Positions 26,959 to 41,575 of a stretch of 64,000 bases of DNA are shown here, piece after piece (position 1 is the first letter of the stretch; each line of letters starts with the position of its first letter). The notes under the pieces were generated by a model. That model ran no database searches. It saw nothing but the letters and a program-made list of their open reading frames with translations, and was not told the DNA's origin. Made by a program: the position numbers and the translations under genes. Source of the DNA: Octopus vulgaris (Eukaryota). Location of the stretch: NCBI GenBank assembly GCA_951406725.2, contig OX597821.1, positions 57,536,001 through 57,600,000 on the forward strand, given 5' to 3'.

Positions 26959-27849
26959 TTATCTGTAACATGTTTCCTACTTTTACCCTCCACTTTGTCC
27001 AACCTTTCGGCCTTGATAATTGCAAATGGCCAATCTAGCTAAAATCCTTAAGTAGAAAAATATTTATTGACCGTCATAAACGCTTTTCTGTTCCTCATTC
27101 TTTCATTGTTCTCTTGTACTCTCTTCTTTTTCTCTTTCTCTCATTGTCTTGAATCCTATCTCTTTCCAGCTATCTCTATTCCTTGGATCTACTTTTATTT
27201 GTCTTTTTCAATCTTACTTTTTTTTAAGTAAAATTTGGCATTTGCGGAAGGTTAAAGTGGTAACGAAAACAGGACAGTTAAAACAAACTGTAAGGGGTGT
27301 TAAGCTATAACGAGGTGAAGTGGTGAACGCTGTAGAAACAAGCTTTGACAAGAGACAGGCAAAAATGCGTGTTGTCTCTTGTAGCGTAAAGAGGAGAAAG
27401 AAAGATAGCCGCTGGTCACATGTGAGCAACGAGAGAGTCAAGGAGGAAGAGTGAAGAAGAGAGAGGGGCAGATAGAGGACGGTGAAGGGGGGGGGAGAAG
27501 AATTAGAGAAAGGGTGGTAGTGAAAAAAGAAAGAAGAGAGGGAGAATAGAGATAGTGATTGGAGTGTCGCATCGGAATTAAGATAAAACTTGGAAATAGA
27601 TGCATGGCGTTCGATCATATAATAATATAAATAATATAAATATATATATGCATACAAACATACATATACATACCTACATGGATATGTATATACACATGTG
27701 TATATGGGTACAGGACGTAAAAAAAACGTGAACAACATGAAAAACAAAAACATGGAAAACGAACTTTTTTCCGAACAACGAAAGAAACAAAGAGAAATGA
27801 GACAGGCAACATAAAGAACAATCCCTTCCACCGCAACTCTGAATCACAT

Positions 27850-28370
27850 GGAACAATATTGTTTAAGGCTGTATAATTTTTTACAGAGTACGAATTTCAA
27901 AGCAAGAAGTATTGATGATTCTTTTCATATCCGTAACAAGAATTAAAGTAAATAACATAGATTCACACAATTTACTGCCTTCGTCAGAATACCGAACATA
28001 TGCCATCAATAGTCTAATATAAACAGCAAGTGTAGAATTATCCAATTGCATGAAAAATAGTCAATTTTGAAGAATACCCATAGGTTAAGATTCGTCATTA
28101 GCAGCCGTTTCGTCATTAGCTATTAAGATGAATTCTTCGATAGAGAGCATTATAAAATCTTCACAAATTTTATGGCTCTTGCCATTCTTAGTTGTTTTAT
28201 AAGATAAACTGCAATCGGGCCATCCTTGTTCTTTGTCTTTTCTTTCTTAAATTACAGTTCTATAGTGGAATAATTTTTAAATCTTTCATATAATTCTTGA
28301 AAATATTCTTTTGTATACTGAGTCGTAAAGTGTTCTCGTAATCGGTTTAGTTTCATTGCTTCGTTAGTAA
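27850..28370 (-). pseudogene. hAT (Buster/Charlie-like) transposase remnant
   Basis: Minus strand gives SYK..KNGKSHKICEDFIMLSIEEFI and MQLDNSTL..LLMAYVRY, like ZBED5/SCAND3-type KPHTIGEELILP..FSLQLDEST..LLAYVRF. Confidence 0.6.
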
Positions 28371-28409
28371 GTATCTTGAAGAACAGTAGATGTATTACTT
28401 TCAAATCTT

Positions 28410-28817
28410 CGCACAAGGCCAGCAATTTAGGATGAGTGTGTAAGTGGATTATATCGACACCAGTATTTCACTGGTACTTACTTTATCGATCTCCATTGGA
28501 TGAAGAGCAAAGCCGACTTCAAAGGAATTTTAACTCACAGCGTAAAGACGGATGGAATGCCGCTAAGCATTTTCTCCGGTGCGGTAACGAAGCGGCTAGC
28601 TCACTGCTTTAAAAAGAATTTTGGCCAGTAATTTCGGAGTAGAGGACTAGTTGATTACATCAATCCCAGTGATCAACTGACACTTATTTTATCGACTTCG
28701 AAAGGATGAAAAGCAAAGTTGTCCTCAGCGGAATTTTAGCACAGATAGTAAAGACGGACGATATGCTGCTTAGCATTTTGTTCGGCGTTCTAGCGATTCT
28801 GCCTGCTCGTCGCCTTA
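28410..28817 (-). mobile_element. Two diverged SINE family B copies
   Basis: CTGGTACTTA..TTATCGA..GGATGAA..CAAAG..GGAATTT..GCTAAGCATTT motifs. Confidence 0.75.
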
Positions 28818-29327
28818 AGAACGGTAGACATATTAAAATCTGTTTATTTGTAACAGACTCGATAAAATCTATTTTCAAAACCTTGTAAAGTAGCCAGGAG
28901 CACCTATATTTTTATGAGACTCACTAAAGTTAAGTTGTTGCGCAGAATCCTAAAACTCACAATGACAAATAATAATGGAGAGATTAGTAAAAATGTCCTC
29001 TGATACTTCCTACACAAACCACTTCATAGAAATAATGAAACAGAATAAGTAACTTGCATTACTTCTTATACCAATCGCCTCAATGAAGATATGAAATAGA
29101 ACGTATAAGAAAGAGAGAGCGTGAGGCGGAGGAGGGAAAGAATGAAAATTGTGTTTGGCAGACACAGATATCTTCTGGTGACGTCAATGCTCATATATGT
29201 AATAATATAATACGAGTGTTGTCCTGAACTTTTATATTTAACTAAGACATGTCGTTTAAATTGCAATAGCCGGTAGAGTAAATCTTTCTCTCGTCAAAAA
29301 TATTACTCAACATATTGTCCATTACAA

Positions 29328-29640
29328 CTGGCACTCTGTCGGCTTCGACAATGAGGTTTCCAGTCGATCCAATTGATGGAACAGCATGCTCGGGAAATCA
29401 ACGTGTAAGTGGCTGAGCATTCCATAAACTCTTCACGTAGTTCTCAAGGAGATTCAGTGCAACATAGAATGTGACTGGGCTGGCCCTTTGAAATACAGGT
29501 ACAGCTCATTTGTGCTAGCTGATTGAACTAGAGCGACGTGAACTAAAGTGTCTTGCTCAAGGACGCAACGCGCCGCCAGGTATTGAACTCACGACTTAAC
29601 GATCTAGAGTCGAACCCCTAACCACAATGCCACGTGCATT
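29328..29640 (-). mobile_element. tRNA-derived SINE family D (CORE-like centre)
   Basis: Minus-strand TGGCATTGTGGTTAGGG..GAGTTCAATACC head, CCTTGAGCAAGACACTTTA CORE-like segment; tail shared with 30600-30724. Confidence 0.7.
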
Positions 29641-30417
29641 CATAGTGTCCATTTTAAGCAATGCACCTGCACCATCATTGGACCCAATTGTTCAATCATT
29701 TCTGAAAAAAAAAGCAGGCGTGAGTTTCACTTTAATTATATCATCAAATATTTATCCCCCCAAACCAACCTTCATTTGGCCCAAAAAAACGAAAGTCGGA
29801 GACGTTACATGTTGCATAAGTATTCAACTCTGACTGCGCAGCTTCCTATGGCAGAAACAACTGTAAGCTAATGAAGTTGATTACTTAATTACCATTTCAT
29901 TGTTAAATACGGGTGTGAATGCGTGTGCGTGTGCATGTGTATGTATGTATTTATGTATGTATGTGTGTATGTATGTATGTATGTATGTATGCATGTATGT
30001 ATGTATGCCTGTATTTTTATAATTCTCTCTATCGCTTCACCTATCTCACCGGTGCTCTATATCTGCGCATCCTTTCTCGTGCAGCTTGCAACCATGTTTC
30101 TTGTGAATCTAACCCTTATAAACAAATATCAACTTTTGAAGAGAGCACGATAAAGAATTGCACTTATACGCATGCTTAAAGCGATGATCCCTATAAAAAA
30201 ACTAGTTCAATAATAAAAATACCTTTCACTATCAACACACCACCACCACCACCATCACTACCACCATCACTACCGCTATTTACCCTCCCTCTATCTCTCT
30301 CTATTTCTCCCTCTTTCTCTCTTAGTCTCTCTCTCAATATAACCGCATCCCCTGTCCACCTCTGTCTACCTTACCCTTCAGCTAACTTTTTAAGCACGTA
30401 GTAAGTATTCCTTCCCC

Positions 30418-30724
30418 CGTTAGGGCAGCGGACTCGCGGCCATGGGATCGCGGTTTCGATTCCCAGACCGGGTGCTGTGAGTGTTTATTGGGCTCCGGCA
30501 CGGGGTGGTGACGAACCCTGCTGTACTCTTTCACCACAACTTTCTCCCACACTTTGTTTCTGTTGAAAAGACCAGCCTTGTCACACGCTGACTCTCTCCG
30601 AGAACTATGTTAAGGGTACAGGTGTCTGTGGAGTACTCAGTCACTTACACGTTAATTTCACAAGCAGGCTGTTCCGTTGATCGGATCAACTGGAACCCTC
30701 GTCGTCGTAACCGACGGAGTGCCA
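30418..30724 (+). mobile_element. SINE family C head with alternative tail
   Basis: GTTAGGGCAGCGGACTCGCGG..GGTTTCGATTCCC head; tail GGATCAACTGGAACCCTCGTCGTCGTAACCGACGGAGTGCCA. Confidence 0.8.
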
Positions 30725-31072
30725 TGATGATTCCTTCCCTCACCCCGCCCCACACCATTAACACTTCTCTTTCACTTTTCTCTTGTAGTCTTTTTTCTCA
30801 TTCTTCGCCTCTACCTTCAGCTGACCACGTGACCATTTGGCCTAAGTGTATTAATATTAACCCCCTTTCTCTACTTCTTCCTCTCTTCTTCCTTTATTCC
30901 TCCCTCCGTCCCTCACTCTCATTTACACACTCTTACTCCACCTCTAAATCACTCACTTCACCTCCACCTCTCTAAACAACTGATGTATAACGGGCGAACA
31001 AACATGCAGATTATTATATAGTCTTATTTTGTATTAATCGGAGTGGTGTCCTCATCTTGGTTATTGCTTTTT

Positions 31073-31113
31073 CATTACGTTTCGGCTGTGTATGTTCCAG
31101 CCTTCTTCAGGTG
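31073..31113 (-). ncRNA. Minimal hammerhead motif
   Basis: Minus strand CAC-CTGAAGA-A-GGCTG(GAACATACA)CAGCC-GAAA-CG-TA-ATG; one stem I mismatch. Confidence 0.65.
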
Positions 31114-31831
31114 TCTTGTGAGTAGAGAAATGAAGAGTTGTTTTATTAAATTACTTTTCGCACCCTGTATACATATAGTCACCATTTTGAGTCTCGTTAT
31201 TTTTATTCTCGCTGTTCACCGGTTATTATTGGTTGGCAGACATCAATACAGACCAGTAAAGAGTTTGTTCATAGAAGTTATATACAAAAAAAAATCGACT
31301 CTTGATAAATTCATTAATTCAGAATGCCTCTGACTGATGTAAACACAACTCTATCTCAACATTTGTTGTAAAAGAGTTCTACTTTTTATGAAACACAACA
31401 AAGATTAACACATTCACATTCGAATCTGCCGGGAAGTATTAAAATTAAAATTGCAAGTCAACGTCATATTAAAATTAAAATTGCAAGTCAATGTCATATT
31501 AAAGACATTTAAATACTAATATACTTCACCACCCTTCAGTATTAATACATCATACTGCACTTCATCATTAAAGCATTATATTACTCTGCATTTTAATATT
31601 AAAATGATGTAATATACTATTCCACACTATTTTGTATGCCACTACACTTCTAATATACGCGGTTATACTATAATGCACTGGATTAGTTTACTACACTACG
31701 GGGCGGCGATCTGTTACAAGGTTCATTAAAATCTAAGCATATTAACAAGTTGTTCGCTAGGAATTGCTCGTCATGGCAGTTGGTGAAAGGGTCAGCTTTT
31801 GTTTCTACCTTACCTGTTAATGTGTTAAAGA

Positions 31832-31912
31832 TTTACCTGATGATGGCGGGTTTTTGCTATGATGTAACCTAAGAATGCATCAATAAAATGCTGCCGAAAC
31901 AGCTGTTGCGAA
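31832..31912 (+). ncRNA. Degenerate hammerhead motif
   Basis: CTGATGA-TGGCGGGTTTT...AAAATGCTGCC-GAAA-CAGCTG-TT; stem I decayed. Confidence 0.55.
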
Positions 31913-31960
31913 TTTTGAATGCTACCTGCGTTCTTCTGCTATATATATAAATATATAGTT

Positions 31961-32363
31961 AATAGTGAAAGAAAGAAAATGAAGAATTTTGGATGCATTA
32001 ATAATTTATTTCTATGATATTATGAGGTTGAACTTTTTTTATAAAAACAATAAATAAATTATAAATTGTAAAGCTCGAAAAAAGAAACGGCAGATGCCAA
32101 AAAACCTGCATATGTTTCGATTCATGCCCCTAGGTGATTCGTAATTCTAAGCATTCAGTTAGGGTCATATGCAGAGAATTGGTCATCATTTTCAAATCAA
32201 TCGAAACATTTATGTAGGTTTATGGCATTTGCCATTTCTTTTTTTGAGCTTATAATTTATAATTTATTTGTATTATTTTTATAAAAAAAACTTTCACCCA
32301 CATAATATCATACGAATAAATTATTTGTACATCCATAATTCTTCACTTTCCTTCTTTCATTAT
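31961..32363. mobile_element. Old fold-back with arms of about 160 bp
   Basis: 31961-32122 mirrors 32199-32363; inner ends carry the HHR 3'-half-like GAAACAT..ATGTAGGTTT. Confidence 0.75.
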
Positions 32364-32539
32364 AAACAATATGTATTACTACAATAATCCCAAACATATC
32401 GTCGTGACTTTCTCCTTATATGATAGTGATTAACCAGTGAATATTTTGGATTATTTAATCCTTAATGAGGAACTGATATGCTCTAATTGACTAGACCAAT
32501 CCATTTCTGGACCGTATTGTAACTTGCGATTAAAAGTGG

Positions 32540-33175
32540 ATTCTGTACAATAATATAACACTTCTTCGCAGTGGTTGGACCAAAATGAAACACTGAAAAC
32601 CTTCCTTAAACCCGAGTTCTTCAGAAAGAAGATTATGGTGACTGTTTGGTGGTGTACTGCTGGAGTCATCCACTATAACTTCTTAAACCCGGAAAAACCA
32701 TTACTGCAGAAACATACTGCCATGAAATTGCCAAAATGAACGAAAAGCTGCTACTCCTCCGTCCCAGACTGTTCAACAGAAGAGAGCCAATCATTCTCTA
32801 TGACAATGTTCGACCATACATTTCACTAATGACACTCCAGAAGTTGAGAGAACTTGACTACGAAGTTCTTCCCCACCTAGCTTATTCTCCAGACCTTTAT
32901 CCTACCAATAACCACTTTTTCAAGTTCCTTGATGGTTTCCTGCGACAGAAGGAGTTCAAAAATCAAACAGATGCTGAAAGTGTGTTCAAAGAGTTCATCA
33001 GCTCCAGAATTCCAGATTTTTATGTTACCGGAAGAAACAAACTTGTAATTCGTTGGTAAAAATGTGTTGAATGTAATGATACTTACTTTGATGAATAAAG
33101 TTTCCGCATTGTTGTAATATATTGCGATGAATTTTAATGTTTCAAAATGTTGCTTACTTTTTACTCAGCCTGATA
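32540..33175 (+). mobile_element. Mariner (DD34D) transposase 3' remnant with right TIR
   Basis: KKIMVTVWW..GVIHY..TITAETYC..ILYDNVRPY..LPHLAYSPDLYPTNNHFF..RW*KCVE..YFDE; frameshift and stop; end TACTTTTTACTCAGCCTGATA. Confidence 0.92.
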
Positions 33176-34004
33176 TATTAGTATAAATCTCTGAAAAATA
33201 ATTGAATAGAAAAAAAAAAAAAAACTCAGAACACACAGGCACATACTCTTTTATTAAATTATCGTCGTGGAATCTTTCAAAACTGACATTGTTTATCTTT
33301 GCCTTCTTTCAGTAATTGTTTTTACTTCAAATCTTGTTTGTTTTTCTGTTGTGTGATTTATCTCCCTTGAGTTACTCTTTATTTATATCTCAATTTTCTG
33401 ACACATATATAATCTTTTTTAAAATCTTTTCCTCCTTGTTTCTAAATATATACTTTCGTTTTTTTTTTCTTCAAATTCTGCCTCCTTTTGTTATTCTCCA
33501 ACCTTTCACCCCTCTCTGTCTGTCTCTTTCTTTCTTTCTTTCTTTCGTCTTTATCGTTCTCTCAATGTCTATACCAGATTTATTTTATGAATTTTATGAA
33601 TTTTCTCCCTCTTGTAGAGTTCTATCTTCTTCCTTTCGACTACTCTTCTCTTACTAATATTATTTCATTCTTTTTCAGTCCTTCCTCAATATTCCTTTTA
33701 CTCTCTCTTTTTATTTTCTCCCTCTTTGTTCCCTCTCTCTCTCTTTTTCTCCATAATCTCTCTCTCCACTTTCTCTCACCTGTCTCCACTCTCTCTGTTT
33801 CCCCTTTCTCTCTCTGTGTCTCCCCTCACTCTCTCTTTATTCTATCTCTCCCTCTCTATTCTCTTTCTCTGTCTCCACTCTCTCCGTTGCCACTTTCTCT
33901 CTCTCTGTCTCCACTCACTCTCTCTCTCTCTGAATCCAATTGTTTTCCAATTGTGTATTTCGTTGTTCGAAAGAATAGTTCATGTTCCATGTGCTCATGC
34001 TTCT

Positions 34005-34045
<41 letters not shown>

Positions 34046-34161
34046 GGCTAAACTGGTAAAATGACCATTCCGAAATACAACAATATCTATCTATCTATCT
34101 ATATATATATAAATATATATATATATACATATAGATGTATGTACATATACGTATGTATATA

Positions 34162-34216
<55 letters not shown>

Positions 34217-34350
34217 ATATATATATAAATATAAATTGATAGATACATATATACACACACATATATGCATACATACAATACTTATAAATATATTATACAT
34301 ATATATATATACATGTATACATATATATACATATATATACATATATATAC

Positions 34351-34472
<122 letters not shown>

Positions 34473-34988
34473 ATATGCACACACACACACAAACACACCT
34501 CCTATCTAAGCTTGATTTATGCGTTCTCCACCATAGCCTCGTTTAGTCTTAGCAGTCCTTCCTGTTTGCTTTTACTGTCCTGTTTGTGTTACCAATTTTG
34601 ACTCCGCAAAATTCCAATTTTTATTTAATTTGCTTTGCGGGACCATCTGTTTTATCGAAAACGTATATTGATGTTAACTGCTCGAAATACGAGAGTAGAA
34701 AAACAGCCAACAACTGATGAAAGGTCTTTCTTTATGTTGTTTTACTTTTTTCCATTTGTGTCTTTCGTTGTTCGGAGAAATAGTTCATATTCCATGTACT
34801 CGTACTTCGTAATTTTTGTTGTACACGTTTCGTGACGTCCTGCGCCCACTTATACATATACATATACGTATAGATGTAAGTATATAAATATACGTATGTA
34901 TAAATGCATATATATATATACATATATTATTTATACTATTCCATACATATATATATATATATTTACATATATACACACACATATACAT

Positions 34989-35045
<57 letters not shown>

Positions 35046-35093
35046 TATATACATATATTTGTATGTATACATACATACACACACATACACACT

Positions 35094-35145
<52 letters not shown>

Positions 35146-35662
35146 TATACATATGAACATATATATATATGTGTGTATTCATATATATATACATAGATAC
35201 ATAAATACAGAGACACAAGCTTACGCCCCTACGTACACATGCAAACGCACATAAATTATAATTATTGGATGCGTAATTGCATTTGTGCTACGACTGTAAC
35301 TCAAAATTTTTCAGAGTATAACCGCGATTAGTTTAATGATGTTTATATGAATCGGAAATAATTCAGTTTGGAAGTTCAGACACTTGAAGTAATTAACATA
35401 AAAAAAAAAACGTTTAACATGATGTTCTCTAAACAAAATACACCGACAGAAAGAGAGATACTGGCGGACACAAATCTTCCATTTACGATCCACCATCATT
35501 TTGGCTATGATATATTTCGGTATATCAAATTTAACACACATGCAAACGCGTGCGCGCACACACACACACACACACACAAATGCACACACATAAACACACA
35601 CGCTCAATCATATATGTATGCATATAAATGTGTATATATATGTGTGTGCATGAGTACATGTA

Positions 35663-35707
<45 letters not shown>

Positions 35708-35808
35708 CTATCTACTTGTCTATGTATGTATCTATTTATCTATCTATCTAGTTATTTCTCTCTCTCTCTCTCTATTTATCTGTCCTTGTTTCTCTTTCTC
35801 TCTCTCTG

Positions 35809-35863
<55 letters not shown>

Positions 35864-35865
35864 GC

Positions 35866-35936
<71 letters not shown>

Positions 35937-35949
35937 TGTATGTATATCT

Positions 35950-36197
35950 TTTATCTTCTTTCTTATCTTATACTTATCCAGACCATGCTGCAGCACAGCC
36001 TTGAAGAATTTCAGTCGAGCGAATCGACTCTAAATACTGTTTTTTCTTAAGTCCTAGCACTTATTCTATCGGTTGCTTTTGATGAAATTACGGGGACATA
36101 AACACACAGCTATCGTTAAGCAGTGGTGGTAGGGGGCAAATACAGACACAAAGAGACACATGCATATACATACATACATGCATATACATACATACAT

Positions 36198-36236
<39 letters not shown>

Positions 36237-36461
36237 CACGCGCGCGCGCACACACACACATATATATATCGTTAACTCCTACACGCATTTTTTCTCACCT
36301 TGTTTCTCCCTTGTTTTTTTTCTATGTATCTTTCTGTCGAAGAGCGTAGGCTCGAAACGTAAAAGACTCTTTCTATTTCTATTCCTGAGCGGTATACTAA
36401 TACATTTGTTTGTTTGTACTCCACCTGCCTTCGTCTTTTGTTTATTTTCGTAAACTTTCCC

Positions 36462-36527
<66 letters not shown>

Positions 36528-36680
36528 ACGGCTTTTTCAGTTTCCGTCTATCAAATCCATTCACGGAGTTTTTGGTTGTCCGAAGTTAAAGAAAACACTT
36601 GCCTAAAGTGGGACGCAGTGGAACCGATCCCGGAAATAAGTGGATGGGAAGCAAACTTCTTACCACACAACCACGCCTGC
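35950..36680 (-). mobile_element. Diverged SINE family A with nested HHR-repeat at about 36275-36465
   Basis: SINE tail near 35980 and head near 36540-36680; insert contains TCTTT-CTGTCGA-A-GAGC(GTAG)GCTC-GAAA-CG-TA-AAAGA at 36329-36366. Confidence 0.75.
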
Positions 36681-36779
36681 CAATGAAACTGAAACTGCCA
36701 GACGGGAAGTGGATACGTAATTGCCCCCGTTAGAAAAAAATTCTTCGATTACCGTGAAGCAACCTTGACCGACTTAAAG

Positions 36780-37290
36780 ATAGTAAACTTCATGGGTCAG
36801 CATTTTCCTTATGAACAACAGTGATTAACCTTTTTAATGAAGAGGCACATTTAGTATGTAAGCGTATCCTGGACGTCTTCGCTCTGAATACAAGAAGAAC
36901 TACTGGATTAATGCACTGGAAGTGAACCGCAGTTAACAACTGATCCGCAATATCGAGTACAAGGAACGCTATATAATTACTGTTTCCCACTCCTATTTCG
37001 AAATTTCCCCTTCTCAAGATAATTTATTTGAATTGAAACTCTCGATATTTGAGTAGTCACGAACTCTAAGAAGTTACTCCTATATCATAGTAACTCCTTG
37101 TGGGTTAAAATGGTGACCCATTTTTCATGGCATCTCAGCAGAGTTAGAACGGAATTAAGGTCACAGACATTGGAAGATTATCTGTCGATATCGAAGAGCA
37201 CACATGCACACATTTCCCCCACTACTTGCTTCGCTTGTATAGAGATGATCCTTGAGAACTTTAAGCAATGGATAGGTTTAAGAACTTAAT
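36780..37290 (+). pseudogene. Decayed hAT transposase C-terminal (dimerisation) remnant
   Basis: FSWHLSRVRTELRSQTLEDYLSIS resembles hAT dimerisation FS..K..R..L...TLEDLL.IS. Confidence 0.4.
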
Positions 37291-39069
37291 AAGAACCTCT
37301 GAAGTGTTTCTCTTTACTACTATTAACTCACTCTAACCACAGTCAGCCACATGAATATTCTTGAAAAGCTCGTATTGGCAAATACTATATCTATAGAAAG
37401 TCAAACAGGGTGACTGTGTATGTACTTATAGGAATTTCTATCAGCACCAGCCTAGCCGTAATCACCAAAGTAGCGAGTAGTAGCTTTAGTCAAAAAATAG
37501 TGTAGATTCAGTATCTCCTTTGGCGAAAAGAGTTAGGAAGAAAATGGCCTGATTCAGTTTTTTGTCGAAATGAAATATCTCTAAAAACATAGTCAATAAC
37601 TCTTTATACCTAATTAGACAACGACATAAATATTACAAGCTTTTTAATATGCAGAATGCTAATGTTAGTTAGTCTTGCCTAAAGATCCTCACTTCCGATA
37701 TTGTACGCTAATACTAGAAAAATCAAATATTTATTCAGACTGAATCCATGTAATCGATTACCCGGGCCCTTTCCAAAGAAGTCATATAGGCCAACACATC
37801 TATATACACACACTCACTCACACACTTAGACTCATACATGTACCCATATATATTATATTATGATATTGGTGAGAATGTTGAGTGCTTATATCTCCTTAGT
37901 GTATTTAGTAAAATAATTGTATTAGTTTTTATCAAAGAAAGTGCATTACTTTTTGTTATTCAAGTAATGGATACATCTGAAATCTGATCATGAACATTCA
38001 TCTGACAAACTCTTATTACCTGATAACCAGATATATAAAAAGTCAAAACTGCTTCATTTTATGAAACAGTTTTGCATAAGCGGATAGCTCCACTTTCATT
38101 AACTGTTTTTTTAATGAGAATTTCAATTTCCTTAAATATAATAGTTACATTTAGATATAACGATTATGATCAGGGGCGCAAAGCCACACAGCTGAGAAGA
38201 AATTTTTCTTATAAAAAGAACACTTTTGAATCATCTGGTACCTATTTTTTTCCCGAGACATTACGACCTCTTTAATGTCACTGTATAATTTTTGCTAACA
38301 CAGACTATCATCAGTTTCCTGTCATTTTTACGATTTATGCAACTGGAGTTTATATTTGATTCGAGCTTATTTTATCGACTCCGGGCGAATGCATTTTAAA
38401 TAGACTCGACAGGTCTTGGCCTCGTTACGTAAAGGGATATAACTGATTGCGATTCAAGGACATAACTGAAAGTGTTTTGTCCAGCATTTCCTACACTTCT
38501 AGATATAAACATGCTGCAGTTTTATTGTATGCCAGATGGATTCAAGCAAACTGCTATTTATAGGCGTTTTAGCCGTTATTCCGAACTTTTTTGCAGTGTA
38601 TCTATGAGAGCATAATCAAATACAAATTTTCATTTTTAAGATGGTTGGATTTGATTTCGTTTATTTAATTCAAACAGGTTTGAATTAGAGAATCATCACA
38701 TCAGCAAGTTGCGTATAAATTTCATCTTCAGTGTTTCCTTCTTAGGTTACCCAATAAGGTTAATCGATAAATCTAATTGATTAAACGCAAGAAAGAGGAT
38801 TTGGGACTTCAGCACAATGGAGTGCGTGTCTTAAAAGAGGTGAACTTTGCGTAAGTTATTTTTAATTTTGTCTTTGAGCTAAGTCTAGAAATAGCAACCG
38901 CACAAAAATATCATATCGTCTTCAGGATGGTAAGTTGATCCTCTTTTGACCGCTGATAGGCCTAAGCTCATTCTCTTTCTATTAACTTTGATCTATTCGA
39001 TGAGAGATATAATGCAAGCTTTGCAGACAGAGTGACTAATGCTTTATTTTGATAACTCAGTTTCACTCT

Positions 39070-39401
39070 AAAACCCGGGACTTATTCTTTGTAACCCTAG
39101 TACTTATTCTATCGGTCTCTTTTGCCGAACCGCTAAGTTATTGGAACGTAAACACAGCAGCATCGGTTGTCAAGCGATGTTGGGGGACAAACACAGACAC
39201 ACAAAATATATACACGCTCATACATACATATATACATATATATATATATACGATGAACTTCTTTCAGTTTCCGTCTACCAAATCCACTCACAAGTCTTTG
39301 ATTGGCCCGAGGCTGTAGTAGAAGGTGCCACCCAGTGGGATTGAACCCGGAATCATGTGGTTGGTAAGCAAGCTACTTACCACACAGCTACTCCTACGCC
39401 T
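39070..39401 (-). mobile_element. SINE family A (tail missing)
   Basis: Reverse complement ..CTTACCACACAGCTACTCCTACGCC head and central region. Confidence 0.85.
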
Positions 39402-40087
39402 ACGTAATGTACAATTTAAGAGCGATTTAGCTGCTATATCTAACAGATCTAACGATCACGTATAGAATCACATGTTAATTTGTGGTGATATAAAGACAGT
39501 AAGAGTGTTACGATTACTAATCAAAATCTCTTTTAGAGAAAATAATCTTCTGGGCTATTTTCCTTTTGTTCCCGAGCTACGCATTAACATTTTGACAGTG
39601 ACATCAATTAAAGACAAGAAATATAATGAACATTTCCATTATTTTATTAGTTTAAATCATTGGGTCCTATCACTACTGTGCTAACGCTTTGAGAGGTGTA
39701 ATAGCTTATATCGACTCTAATCCTTCCTTGGTACTTCATTTAGAGATCCCGAAAAGACAAAATTTACTCTCACAAGATTAGAACTCAAGAGGGGTCTAAA
39801 TAGCACAAGATATTTGCTCAGTACTCCACCAATTCTGCGATCTAAGGACAAATATACATTTGTATATTAAAAAAAAATATTTTTTGAACTCTGCATCTCA
39901 TAAAAGTGGTTACCGATTTCCATGGCGTATAAGTGACCGAACAAACAACATTACCCCCACCTAACCTGAGAGGGTGGTGGCGGTCCGTTGCAGGATTCAA
40001 GGGCCAGCCATTTTGTATGGAGGTGACAACTTTGCTTTTAATTCCTTCGGTGTCAATAAAATAAGACAATAGCATAGGGTGTGTGAT

Positions 40088-40498
40088 GTATTTCTTTACT
40101 GCCCACAAGGGGCTAAACATAGAGGGAACAAACAGATTAAGTTGATTACATCGACCCCAGTGCGTAACTGGTACTTAATTTATCGACCCTGAAAGGATGA
40201 AAGGCAAAGTCGACCTCGGAGGAATTTGAACTCAGAACGTAACGAACGGCAGACGAAATACCTATTTCTTTATTACCCACAAGGGGCTAAACACAGAGTG
40301 GACAAACAAGGACAGACATAGGTATTAAGTCGATTACATCGACCCCAGTGCGTAACTGGTGCTTAATTTATCGACCCCGAAAGGATGAAAGGCAAAGTCG
40401 ACCTCGGCGGAATTTGAACTCAGAACGTAACGAACGGCAGACGAAATACCGCTAAGCATTTCGCCCGGCGTACTAGCGACTCTGCCAGCATCTCCATC
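40088..40498 (-). mobile_element. Tandem dimer of SINE family B, tail type 2
   Basis: Two units joined at AGACGAAATACC|TATTTCTTTATTACCCAC. Confidence 0.88.
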
Positions 40499-41300
40499 TT
40501 GTTTGTGTAACATGATAATAGAAAGAAAAAGAAAAATCAATTAACGCACCAATGACCGTGAGTAGTTTTTGTTTATATTTAATATTTTAGCAAATGTGTC
40601 ACAGATACAAAACTTTTTACACAGAATAACCGAATATATTAAAAGGAAAATTAGCGATAAAGATCAGTGGAAAATTTAAAATACTGTTATTTCACAAAGA
40701 TAAAGAGCAGATAGAGAAAATAAAAATCGTTCCCGATGATTCTGTTTTATTCTTGATATCATTGTTGTTCTTGTTCTTGTTCTTGTTGCTATTGTTGTAG
40801 TTGTGTAGTTTATATTTTTTTGAAAGATTAAGCATTAAGATAATTAACAGCTTTGTAAAAAAAAAGAGAGATTATTTCTTTGTCTCCATTGAAACTCCCC
40901 ATAGCTTGTTTTTAGCGGTGGAACTTGAAGCCGTTGAAGCTATAAATAACAGCGTGTAAATGTCGGGTTAAAAGATCTCCAGAATAGAAAAGTCGAAATC
41001 ATACATGCTATTATTGATAATTTTTATCTATATCGAGTTCCACCGTTTAAAACGAACCATTTCACGTTCTCTCGAAGTTTCTAAATTCTTATAAATGTTT
41101 CCATAGCTTTATTTCATTTCACTTGTTGTTGCTGTTGTTGCTACTACTGTACTTGTTGTCCCACGAACAATAAAAACGGACATTGCCAACGAACGCCATA
41201 GATTCTAGAAAAAAAGATAAAATCACGAACACATATCGTCTTTCCTGTGGATTCACAGCCAGAATGAGCCATATTGAAGACTGTGAAAGGGGAACATACT

Positions 41301-41355
<55 letters not shown>

Positions 41356-41356
<1 letters not shown>

Positions 41357-41512
41357 TGCACGGAATTGCACTACTAGGCACTGCACACATCCTACGCAGA
41401 ACACTTTCCATACAATAACCATCAGAGCATCACAACAAATCACAGCACATACCTGCGGCATACACAGCTGCGCTCGGTAGTGAAGTGAAAGCACGCTATA
41501 AAAATAAAACTA

Positions 41513-41516
<4 letters not shown>
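41356..41516 (+). mobile_element. R4/Dong-clade LINE 3' end inserted in (AAT)n
   Basis: Encodes IALLGTAHILRRTLSIQ*, then a short 3' UTR; (AAT)n on both sides, the known Dong target. Confidence 0.8.
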
Positions 41517-41575
<59 letters not shown>

